Assembly (NCBI GenBank): GCA_043819135.1 | Contig: JBDRFG010000076.1 | Location: 1 to 12,077 of the forward strand | Length of the DNA stretch: 12,077 nucleotides | DNA from: Candidatus Eiseniibacteriota bacterium | Lineage (GTDB): Bacteria > Joyebacterota > Joyebacteria > Joyebacterales > Joyebacteraceae | Direction of reading: 5' to 3' | In this document: positions 1 through 7,087 of the stretch, piece after piece | Numbering within the stretch: position 1 is the stretch's first letter | How the letters are laid out: every line of letters begins with the position of its first letter | Notes under the pieces: generated by a model | The model's database searches: none | Told to the model about the DNA's origin: nothing | The model's input: the letters and a program-made list of their open reading frames with translations, nothing else | Program-made: the position numbers and the translations under genes

Positions 1-110
1 GGGGCGCAACACGGGCCGCCGTGGCGCCGCGTCGGGGCCACCACGGGCGGGGGGCGCGCCCCAATCCCGACACTTTGATCCGTTTCCCCTTTTGGGCGTC
101 GTCCCAGGGC

Positions 111-119
111 TGGTAGGCT
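111..119 (+). promoter_or_regulatory. possible extended -10 promoter element (TGG-TAGGCT) for a leaderless transcript
   Basis: TGnTAnnnT pattern ends 6 nt before the GTG at 126; no Shine-Dalgarno upstream of that start. Confidence 0.3.
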
Positions 120-125
120 GCGGAA

Positions 126-857
126 GTGACAACCCTGATCCGCAACCCCGAGGATCTGCCTCCCTTGCTCGACCGTCGGCAGGCCGGCACGTTATCGAGG
201 ATCGCCGTCGGTGCCGGGGCGAAGCCACCGCTGACCTACATCGGGATCGGGATGACCGGGATCGTCTTCTGCGACTCCGCGGGAAGGTGGGCGTTCAAGG
301 TTGCACGCGACACGACCGAAACGGTCTACCGGCTCTTTGAAGCAGAAGCCGAATGGCTCCGGGCTGCGGGGAAGGTCGCCGGTGTCCGACAGCACGTAGC
401 GCGCTTCGGGCGCTGGGTCGGGAAGGGGTGGCCCTGCGTCGTGCGCGAGTGCGTCTGGGGGCGCCCCGGGGCGTGGGCCGACGAGCGGGACCTGTTCGAT
501 CTGCACCAGGACATCGAGAAGCGCATGATCCCGCACGGGTGGACCGCGCCCGAGTTCAAAGGGGACAGCTACATCTACGTGGGGGCGAAGGAGGACTGGT
601 TGGACGAGAAGGCCAAGATGTGGCGGAAGGGAAGCAAGGGCAAGCCGATCCTGGTCGACGCGGGGATGGCCCACCGGGTCGGCGCCGTGCTCCTGCAGTA
701 CACCGCTGAGGTGATGCGGGGCGAGCGCCGGAACCCGGAGAGCCTTACCGACCTGGCCTTCCAGATCCGGCGGGAGATCGGCGGGGGGACGATCCCGAAG
801 GAGTACGGTGAGCAGGTCCTGGAGAAGATGTACGCGCGGGGAGCACGGCGACCGTGA
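126..857 (+). CDS. protein kinase-like fold protein (atypical, possible pseudokinase)
   Basis: Kinase motifs in the right order: Gly loop IGIGMTGIV, beta3 Lys AFKV, helix-C Glu EAEAEW, hinge VVRECVWG, catalytic-loop-like APEFKGDSY, DFG-like LVDAGMA. Confidence 0.65.
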   Translation: MTTLIRNPEDLPPLLDRRQAGTLSRIAVGAGAKPPLTYIGIGMTGIVFCDSAGRWAFKVARDTTETVYRLFEAEAEWLRAAGKVAGVRQHVARFGRWVGKGWPCVVRECVWGRPGAWADERDLFDLHQDIEKRMIPHGWTAPEFKGDSYIYVGAKEDWLDEKAKMWRKGSKGKPILVDAGMAHRVGAVLLQYTAEVMRGERRNPESLTDLAFQIRREIGGGTIPKEYGEQVLEKMYARGARRP

Positions 858-1378
858 CGAAGACGAACTGGATGAAGAAGGCCCACGACGAGCGCGAGGC
901 CCTGCTGCGGAGCTACCCCCCCCGCGCGGGGACCGCCTTTGCGATCTTCCGGCCCGACCCCGACGACCCGAGCCAGGAGATCTGGCTTCACCCGTCGACC
1001 TTCCATCCGGGGGGATGGCGCCTGACGCGGGTCGACAAGCGCCCCGAGTGGGCGCACACCCCGTTCACGGGGCACACCGAGTTCGACACCTACGAGGCCG
1101 CGCTCAAGGAGTTGGCCACCTACGAGCGGGCCATCTTCGTGAGTCGGAACGTCGAGCCGGTGATGCTCCCGCCGTCGGTCGGGTTCCGGAACGTCTCGAC
1201 GGAAGACCTGCGGAAGCAAGCGGCCCAGACCGAGCACGACCTCGAGGAGGACCGGCGAAAGTGGGGCGGGTCGAACGCCCTGCTGTACTCGACGCTGCTG
1301 TTTGCAATGAAGGAGGAACTCCGGCGCCGGGGCGGGGGGATGGCGGGGGTGGCCCTGAAGGCGTTCGGGGGGCGATAA
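854..1378 (+). CDS. hypothetical protein, 174 aa
   Basis: GTGA overlap with the upstream stop, GGAG upstream, GC3-rich codons; no family recognised. Confidence 0.75.
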   Translation: MTKTNWMKKAHDEREALLRSYPPRAGTAFAIFRPDPDDPSQEIWLHPSTFHPGGWRLTRVDKRPEWAHTPFTGHTEFDTYEAALKELATYERAIFVSRNVEPVMLPPSVGFRNVSTEDLRKQAAQTEHDLEEDRRKWGGSNALLYSTLLFAMKEELRRRGGGMAGVALKAFGGR

Positions 1379-1429
1379 CCCCCGCCCATGACCGCCGCGG
1401 GCGAATTAGTGTCCTGTCGCTTTTCTGTA

Positions 1430-1457
1430 CAGGTCACTAACGCATGTTAGGGGCGGT
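1430..1457 (+). repeat. isolated copy of the array site (caggtcaCTAA-cgcatg-TTAGgggcggt)
   Basis: CTAA-N6-TTAG core; GGTCACTAA arm is the reverse complement of the arm at 7935-7943; opposite orientation to the array but co-directional with the local + genes. Confidence 0.65.
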
Positions 1458-1482
1458 GTCCTAACTTTGGACACCAAGCATT

Positions 1483-1531
1483 ACGGCCCGAAATGACGAC
1501 CTTTTCCCCGGTCGCCTTTTCGGGCCGTTTT
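1483..1531 (+). terminator. putative intrinsic terminator or long hairpin
   Basis: ACGGCCCGAAA (1483-1493) pairs with TTTCGGGCCGT (1518-1528), inner CGACC/GGTCG stem, short T run after; lies downstream of 854..1378. Confidence 0.5.
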
Positions 1532-1567
1532 CGCGTTGTGCGACGGGCGTTGCAGGGCGCCGCAGAA

Positions 1568-1612
1568 TAATTAGTATCCCCCCTTGACAGCAACCGATGG
1601 GGATACTAATTA
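1568..1612. promoter_or_regulatory. 14-bp perfect inverted repeat enclosing a TTGACA -35 box (probable operator/promoter of the recombinase operon)
   Basis: TAATTAGTATCCCC (1568-1581) and GGGGATACTAATTA (1599-1612); TTGACA at 1584-1589, 17 bp to a weak -10 (TAATTA), 6 nt to ATG 1619. Confidence 0.6.
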
Positions 1613-1618
1613 GGTTGC

Positions 1619-1900
1619 ATGTCGCTAACGCCAATCAGTGGAGAACCCGGAGCCTTCTGGGACAACGTGACGAAGCAGAAAATCCAGATCGAAACGCTGA
1701 TTCGAATCGAAGTCGTCTCGTCCAAGCGCATCACGTCGAAGAAGAAGATGGCGAAGCTCGCAACCGACCGGCTGACGCTCGCCGGCGAGACGGGGTGGAG
1801 GCTTCCGGGGCAATGGACCGAATCCCTCCGTGCGGACAATCTCTGGCACTACGACGTCGTGGCGAAGAAGCCGCTCCTCGATGACGACCATTCTCTCTGA
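1619..1900 (+). CDS. hypothetical protein, 93 aa; N-terminus paralogous to the next ORF
   Basis: First ORF after the promoter-like region; LTPISGEPGAFWDNVTKQKI motif. Confidence 0.7.
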   Translation: MSLTPISGEPGAFWDNVTKQKIQIETLIRIEVVSSKRITSKKKMAKLATDRLTLAGETGWRLPGQWTESLRADNLWHYDVVAKKPLLDDDHSL

Positions 1901-2015
1901 GATTCGCGGAAAGCCCGGGATGTTCTGGGACACCGAGCGGAAGGAGAAAATCGAGACCTGCGATGCCATGCTCGTCAGCGGCCCGGATCTCACCACCAAG
2001 GAGAAAACCCCGTGA
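1881..2015 (+). CDS. small hypothetical protein, 44 aa (paralog of the 1619..1900 N-terminus)
   Basis: ATG at 1881 inside track ORF 1830..2015; LSEIRGKPGMFWDTERKEKI aligns without gaps to the upstream protein; stop overlaps the next GTG. Confidence 0.6.
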   Translation: MTTILSEIRGKPGMFWDTERKEKIETCDAMLVSGPDLTTKEKTP

Positions 2016-2458
2016 AACTGAAGACCTTGCTCTGGCTCCTGGGCGCCGCGGGCGGCCTCAACCTCATCGCAGACCTGTGGTTCCGCACGAGCGTCAGCGC
2101 GGCCACGAGCGCGCCCTGGTGGGTCTGGGCGCCCGTCGTCGGAACCATCGTCCTCGTCCTCGTGACGGTCGGCGGCTCGGGCCTGCTCAAGCGCCTCCAG
2201 TCCCCCCCGCAGGACGAGAGCGAGGGCGAATGCGTTGACCGGGAAGAGCCCTGGACACCCCCCATCGCTGTGAAATTCTACCACAATTCCCCAACACCCC
2301 AGGAGGGCATCGAGGCAGCCGGAATCGACCGACTCCGCAGGGAGACGGGGCACCCGCTCTGGAGGATGGCCTGCGGCCCAACCACTGCGCTGGAGACAAA
2401 CGGCCACTGGGTACACACCGTCAGCTTCTTCCGGGTGGAGGACACGAGGCCGCTATGA
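2012..2458 (+). CDS. putative membrane protein, 148 aa
   Basis: AAGGAG RBS; two hydrophobic segments (LLWLLGAAGGLNLIADLWF; WWVWAPVVGTIVLVLVTVGG); ATGA coupling to the next gene. Confidence 0.7.
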   Translation: MKLKTLLWLLGAAGGLNLIADLWFRTSVSAATSAPWWVWAPVVGTIVLVLVTVGGSGLLKRLQSPPQDESEGECVDREEPWTPPIAVKFYHNSPTPQEGIEAAGIDRLRRETGHPLWRMACGPTTALETNGHWVHTVSFFRVEDTRPL

Positions 2459-3033
2459 ACCATGATTGCGATTACTTCAACCGCTACGGGTCCTTCGACA
2501 CCTACGGTTTCTTCGACAATGAGAGACACGACGTCTTCCGAGAGTTGGCCGACAAGGACATCGACAGGACCAACCTCAGCGCTCCGAACAAGCTCTGCGA
2601 AGGCGAGGAGATGACGGCCAGGTTGTGGTACGCGCGGTGTTCTGAGCCGCTTGTTCCGGTCGTCCGACATCACATCGCCAACGCTTGGGCCGAGTTCACG
2701 GTTTACGGGAAACTCGTTGCCAACGGTCCTCTCCTCCGGATCGTCCACAGCCCGTGCTCGTTTCCGGCCATGGAACTCACGGCTCGACACGATCTCAATC
2801 TCCGAGTCGTCTGCAAGAAAGCGACCCCGGGGCTCCACGAGTACCTCGTACGGCAGCACGCGCGACCCGGCGAAGCTGCCTTGCTCTTGGCGCAGGCTGC
2901 GACGTTTCTGAAGGCCGGCGTCACCGATGACGAAACCCGCGGCCCGCTGGCCGGCTTCCGGTCGCTCGATATCCCCCCCCTTCGGATCTGGGTCCACATC
3001 GAAGGCTCAGGGAGCACGGCGGCGACGAAATGA
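2455..3033 (+). CDS. hypothetical protein, 192 aa
   Basis: ATGA overlaps at both ends, GAGG RBS; no family recognised. Confidence 0.7.
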   Translation: MNHDCDYFNRYGSFDTYGFFDNERHDVFRELADKDIDRTNLSAPNKLCEGEEMTARLWYARCSEPLVPVVRHHIANAWAEFTVYGKLVANGPLLRIVHSPCSFPAMELTARHDLNLRVVCKKATPGLHEYLVRQHARPGEAALLLAQAATFLKAGVTDDETRGPLAGFRSLDIPPLRIWVHIEGSGSTAATK

Positions 3034-3887
3034 GCGACTCCATCGACCAATTCGCCGAGCACCTCGGGGCCTTCCGACGTCCCAGGACCGTCGAAGCCTA
3101 CAGATCCGCAGCCAAGAAGTTCGAGGAGTGGGTCGTGGGCAAGCCCATGACACCACGGTCCCTGGAGGACTTCGCGGCATTCCAGCTCACCACGAAGAAG
3201 CTCTCCGGGGCCACCGTCCACCTCCTCGTCGTGGGCGTGAAGGCGTACCTCGGCTGGCGCCGGCGCCAGGGAGAGGACCTCCCGGACTTCGACAGCCCCC
3301 CCCTCCCGAGGTTCCGGAAGCGGGTACTTCCCGTGCTGCGCGGCGAGGATCTCAAGTCGTACTACCGAGCGTGCGATAACATGCCCGAACCAGTGCGGAC
3401 GCTCTCTCTTCTCCTCCCCCTAACCGGATTTAGGGTGTCGGAAGCGTGCAATATCCAGGTGCGCGACCTGAAGTGGGCCGGAAACAGGTTCCGCATCACC
3501 GTACGGGACAGCAAGGGGGACGATCGCGTCGTTCCGGTGCCCCGACGCGCGACTCCGCTCGTTCGCAGGTACCTGAAGGAGACATGGGGCGTGCTCCCCA
3601 AACTCGGCGGCGCGCCGGAGGCCCAGCAGTTCCTCTTCCCGTCCCGGCTCGGGACCGCCTACCAACCCAAGGTCGTCCGGGAGTGGATGGCGAAGATCCG
3701 AAAGAGAATCGGCGTCACCCACTTGACTCCGCACGTTCTGAGGCACACCTTCGGAACACGGCTGGAGGAGGCTGGCGTCCCGACTTCGGCGATTGCACGA
3801 CTCATGGGGCACCGGAGCGTGCAGACGACGTCCGGATACACCCACGGCTCGATCGACTCCCTCGGCGACGACGTCGACAAGATCTGA
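3030..3887 (+). CDS. tyrosine recombinase/integrase, XerC/XerD-like, 285 aa
   Basis: Complete catalytic set: R135 (TGFRVSE), K162, H235-x-x-R238 (TPHVLRHTF), H261 (LMGH), Y270; N-terminal core-binding segment (RTVEAY); no room for the IntI-specific insertion or a lambda-type arm-binding domain. Confidence 0.95.
   Translation: MSDSIDQFAEHLGAFRRPRTVEAYRSAAKKFEEWVVGKPMTPRSLEDFAAFQLTTKKLSGATVHLLVVGVKAYLGWRRRQGEDLPDFDSPPLPRFRKRVLPVLRGEDLKSYYRACDNMPEPVRTLSLLLPLTGFRVSEACNIQVRDLKWAGNRFRITVRDSKGDDRVVPVPRRATPLVRRYLKETWGVLPKLGGAPEAQQFLFPSRLGTAYQPKVVREWMAKIRKRIGVTHLTPHVLRHTFGTRLEEAGVPTSAIARLMGHRSVQTTSGYTHGSIDSLGDDVDKI
3413..3440. repeat. array-like site inside the recombinase gene (cctccccCTAA-ccggat-TTAGggtgtcg)
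   Basis: CTAA 3420-3423, 6-bp spacer, TTAG 3430-3433; a perfect half-site GTGCGATAA lies at 3371-3379. Confidence 0.45.
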
Positions 3888-3906
3888 CCACCACCAAGGA
3901 GACCCC

Positions 3907-5501
3907 ATGCCAGGCGACATCGCGAATCTGCTCAGCGAATCCGACCAGCAGCAGCCCCCCCCCCAGAGAACGGCCCTGACGACGCCCTGGAGCCCGCAGA
4001 AGACCCGTTCGAGGCCACGGCCACCCCCCCCGACCCCATCCCGAAGAAGCCGAAGGCCCCGGCGAAGAAGACCAAGAGGTACTTCCGGAGCCAGCTCGAC
4101 AACTGGTTCCCCACGGCGCACCGGATCAAGTTCTGGAAGCGGGACGAGCAGGGGCAGCTTCACTCGATCGCTCGCAACTACTACCCGAGGGACCTGGAGC
4201 GTACGCACGACGTCGAGGACTTCGTGGCGACGTACCTCGTCCCGACGTACCTGGCCGGCGAGTACGAGGTCGCGGTCATCGACAAGGACGGGAAGATCAG
4301 CGACCGGCAGACGGTCTCCGTCCTGGGCGTCGCGGCGACTGCAGCGGCCGAGGGCGGGGACACGAGGATGGCCAACATCGTTGACCGCCTGTTCGACAAG
4401 ATCGGGGACCTCGAGAAGCGCCTCGACGACCCGTCACGCATCCCGCCCCCGCCGAAGACGGCCAAGGAGCAACTCGAGGAGGCCGAGGCCCTCAAGAAGA
4501 CCCTTGGGGGGGGCGGTGACCCCATGTTCACGATGATCATGAATCAGCAAGCCGAGGACCGACGTCTGCTGATGGAGTTCATGCGCGAGCAGCGCGGGGG
4601 TGGGGCCAAGTCCGACCTCGATGAGCTTCGCCGGGAACTCCGCGAACTCCGGCCCGCCCCGGGGCCGGCGCTGCCGCCCCCCGACACGCTTCCCCAGGGG
4701 CCGGACATCGGGGAGATCATCAGGGACGTCCTCGCGGCCACGAGGCCGGTCCAGCCTGCCACCCCGCCCGACACCGACCGCATGGGTCCGAAGGACTGGA
4801 TCGACCTGATCAGAGAGGCGAAGGACATCATCTCCCCCGCCGGCGCGTCGACCGAGGTTTCATCGCTCCGCACGCAACTCGAAGGACTCCGCACGGAGCA
4901 GATGAAGGACATCCGGGACGAGCTCCGAGAGATGAAGACGGGGGGCGGCCCGACAAAGGGCATCGACGACGCCCTGAGCCTGGTCGACAAGATCACGACC
5001 AAGTTCGGAGGCGGCGGCGCGACGACTGGGGACCGGATCCTTCAGGGGATCGAGATGTTCACGGATCCGGACCGGCTCGAAGCCATGGGCGGGGCCATCG
5101 GGCGCACCGCAGCCGCCTTCCGCGAAGGGGCCGCCGGCTCGCCAAAGCCCCCCCGCGACGAGAACAAGAAGCTCCGCTACCCCGCGGGGTTCTCAACGCA
5201 CGTCAAGGCCATCATCGACAACGTCGACGACGACACCGCCCTCGTCACGGCGACCATGCGCGCGGTGGAGTTCCTCGGGAAGTTCACCTCCTGGCAGGGG
5301 TACGTGCTCCAGATGGTCAAGACGTGCCAGGAGAACAACCGCGACGAGGCCTTGGCGTGGGCCAAGGCGTTCATCCAGGGCCTGCGCGGGGCCGGGAAGA
5401 TCAGCCAGGACGTGGAGACCCGGGCCATCGCGGCCTTCGAGGACCACGCCGACGAAATCATGACGAAGGTCCGCGGCGCAACCCAGCCGAGCGAGGAGTA
5501 G
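3907..5501 (+). CDS. large helical/coiled-coil, Pro-rich hypothetical protein (~531 aa), frameshifted at C10 tract 3955-3964
   Basis: AAGGAG + ATG 3907 gives MPGDIANLLSESDQQQPPP; after the tract, the frame of track ORF 4224..5501 is open and protein-like (PENGPDDALEPAEDPF...KRYFRSQLDNWFPTAHRIKFWKRDE...DFVATYLVP); C11 or C8 joins the two. Confidence 0.7.
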
Positions 5502-5504
5502 ACC

Positions 5505-5813
5505 ATGTTCGACACGAAAGCCCTGACGGCGGTGATCCTCCGCATCGCCACCGCCCTGGAGAAACAGGCCGTGGCCATCGAACACCAAAACGAACTGCTC
5601 GAGAGGCAGCTCGCCTTGGCGATGGAGGCCGCGGAGTGGCGGGAAGGGATCACGGAGAAGGTCGAGGGGCTCGCCGGCGCTACGCAGTGCGACTGCGACG
5701 ACGGGGACGGCGACGGGGACGGCGGCGGGGACGAGCCCGGGGACGAGCCCGAGGACGAAGGCGAGAGCGACGAGGAAGAAGCCGAGGGGGAGCCCGCCCT
5801 GACCCTTCCTTGA
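5505..5813 (+). CDS. hypothetical protein with helical N-terminus and very acidic tail, 102 aa
   Basis: GAGGAG RBS, starts 3 nt after the previous stop; D/E/G-rich C-terminus. Confidence 0.75.
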   Translation: MFDTKALTAVILRIATALEKQAVAIEHQNELLERQLALAMEAAEWREGITEKVEGLAGATQCDCDDGDGDGDGGGDEPGDEPEDEGESDEEEAEGEPALTLP

Positions 5814-5838
5814 CGCCACCGCCGAACCGCGCAATGCT
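5810..5838 (+). promoter_or_regulatory. possible sigma70-type promoter for a leaderless transcript
   Basis: TTGACG (5810-5815)-N17-AATGCT (5833-5838)-N6-ATG 5845; no SD before that ATG. Confidence 0.35.
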
Positions 5839-5844
5839 CCACGA

Positions 5845-6513
5845 ATGAACGTCGGAGACGTTGTCATCGCAATCGGGTCGATGGTCGCAGGGTTCAGAGC
5901 CCTGAGGTCCAGCCTTGGTGGTATCGACTCCGTGGGCCGGGTCAGCGACGTTCGCCAGGCGGTGTCGCGCTCCAGGCGGGCTGGCACAAAGCCGAAGGCC
6001 ACGCCGTACAACGTCTACACGATCGGGGATCGCGTCTCCCACATCAGGAAGGTGATGCTCGACGGGAGGGCCGACCCAGAGGTTCGGATTCTGACCGGAA
6101 AGCTGCTCTCGAAGAAGTGCGGGAAGAAGTGGTGCATCGAGGAGCGTGACAGCTGGGGAGAGGTCAAGGCCATCTTCAAGTTGGTGAAGGAAAACGTCCG
6201 CTACACCTCCGACCCCGTGGACATCGACCTCTTCCAGCACCCGATGCGAATCCTGGAGAGCGGGGCCGGGGACTGCGACTGCATGACGATCATCCTCGGG
6301 TCGATGTTGATGTCCGTCGGCTACAGCGTGAAGATGAGGGTGATCCGGGGCCGGGGAGCGCGCGACTGGAACCACATCTACCTGCTGGTCGGGCTTCCGC
6401 GTGGAGCGCCGAAGCAGTGGGTTCCGCTGGACGCGAGCGTGCCCGATGCCCCTCCCGGATGGCAGCCTGGGCGAACCCAGATCGCGGCGTATCGGGATTT
6501 TAGGGTCCTTTAG
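5845..6513 (+). CDS. transglutaminase-like (Cys-His-Asp) putative cysteine protease, 222 aa
   Basis: VKENVRYTSDP...P..ILESGAGDCDC (catalytic Cys), WNHIY (His), WVPLDAS (Asp): transglutaminase-core motif order. Confidence 0.85.
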   Translation: MNVGDVVIAIGSMVAGFRALRSSLGGIDSVGRVSDVRQAVSRSRRAGTKPKATPYNVYTIGDRVSHIRKVMLDGRADPEVRILTGKLLSKKCGKKWCIEERDSWGEVKAIFKLVKENVRYTSDPVDIDLFQHPMRILESGAGDCDCMTIILGSMLMSVGYSVKMRVIRGRGARDWNHIYLLVGLPRGAPKQWVPLDASVPDAPPGWQPGRTQIAAYRDFRVL

Positions 6514-7087
6514 GCCCGGGGCCGTCGAACCTCGCCGACTCGATCTTCGTCAAGTCCAGCCCGTCGGCCTTTCTCCACACGCGCGACGGCATCCCGTCCG
6601 TCGTGAGTCGCGTCTCTCCGGTCTCAACCAGCCCCCCCCCGCGCGACAAGGCCAGGCGGCCGTGTTGAACGGTGTCGAGAGACGCGATGTATCCCGCCTG
6701 CCGGCACGCTCTCCACAACTCCTCGTCGGTGTACTCCTCCCCGTCCGACATGGCGCTGGCGACGGCGAGAACAGCCTTCGCGGACGCCTTCAACGCCTTC
6801 TGGGCTGCCCAGACGCTCGTGTACGGGTCCGTGCTTCGGACGAGCAAGAGGGTGTCAAAGTCGAGTTGTGGAGAATCCTTGTCGTAGCTGATCATGTCGT
6901 CCTCCCGTGTGGCCCGATCATGTCGGGGGGGTCGCTGCACGCACGCCGGGCACACGCACCCCCGACCGTAGTCGACGCAGACCGGCGGCTCGTCTGGGTG
7001 CCACGCACAGGGCAGGCGCGTGCCGTCCGTCCTGCCGCACTCCGGGCAGCGGTCGGCGGCGTCGAAGAAGAGGTCCAGATGGCTCAT
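6500..7087 (-). CDS. phage-type hypothetical protein: Cys-rich N-terminus plus putative winged-helix DNA-binding domain (may be two genes, second starting at 6895)
   Basis: CPEC...CVCPAC; RSTDPYTS..AA...TDEEL resembles a common phage DNA-binding family (from memory); strong internal GGAGG + ATG at 6895. Confidence 0.6.
   Translation of the reverse strand: MSHLDLFFDAADRCPECGRTDGTRLPCAWHPDEPPVCVDYGRGCVCPACVQRPPRHDRATREDDMISYDKDSPQLDFDTLLLVRSTDPYTSVWAAQKALKASAKAVLAVASAMSDGEEYTDEELWRACRQAGYIASLDTVQHGRLALSRGGGLVETGETRLTTDGMPSRVWRKADGLDLTKIESARFDGPGPKGP

Noticed and set aside
1568..1612. CIRCE (HrcA) operator
   Set aside because: The TTAG...CTAA ends are similar, but arm sequence and spacing do not fit TTAGCACTC-N9-GAGTGCTAA
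1991..3902. 14-bp direct repeat CACCACCAAGGAGA (1991-2004, 3889-3902) as att sites around the recombinase
   Set aside because: Both copies contain the SD just before a start codon, so shared translation signals explain them; no other att evidence
3885..3964. Stop-codon readthrough fusing the recombinase to the large downstream protein (same frame, open after TGA)
   Set aside because: A strong RBS and ATG at 3907 plus a one-base change in the C10 tract is simpler, and the recombinase is complete at its stop
5695..5790. Short tandem GACGGG/GACGAGCCC repeats
   Set aside because: They simply encode the low-complexity acidic tail of 5505..5813
6918..6931. G7 tract as a programmed frameshift splitting 6500..7087
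   Set aside because: One extra base would end the Cys-rich part at 6918 before the internal RBS/ATG at 6895, but the ORF is open as given and there is no independent evidence
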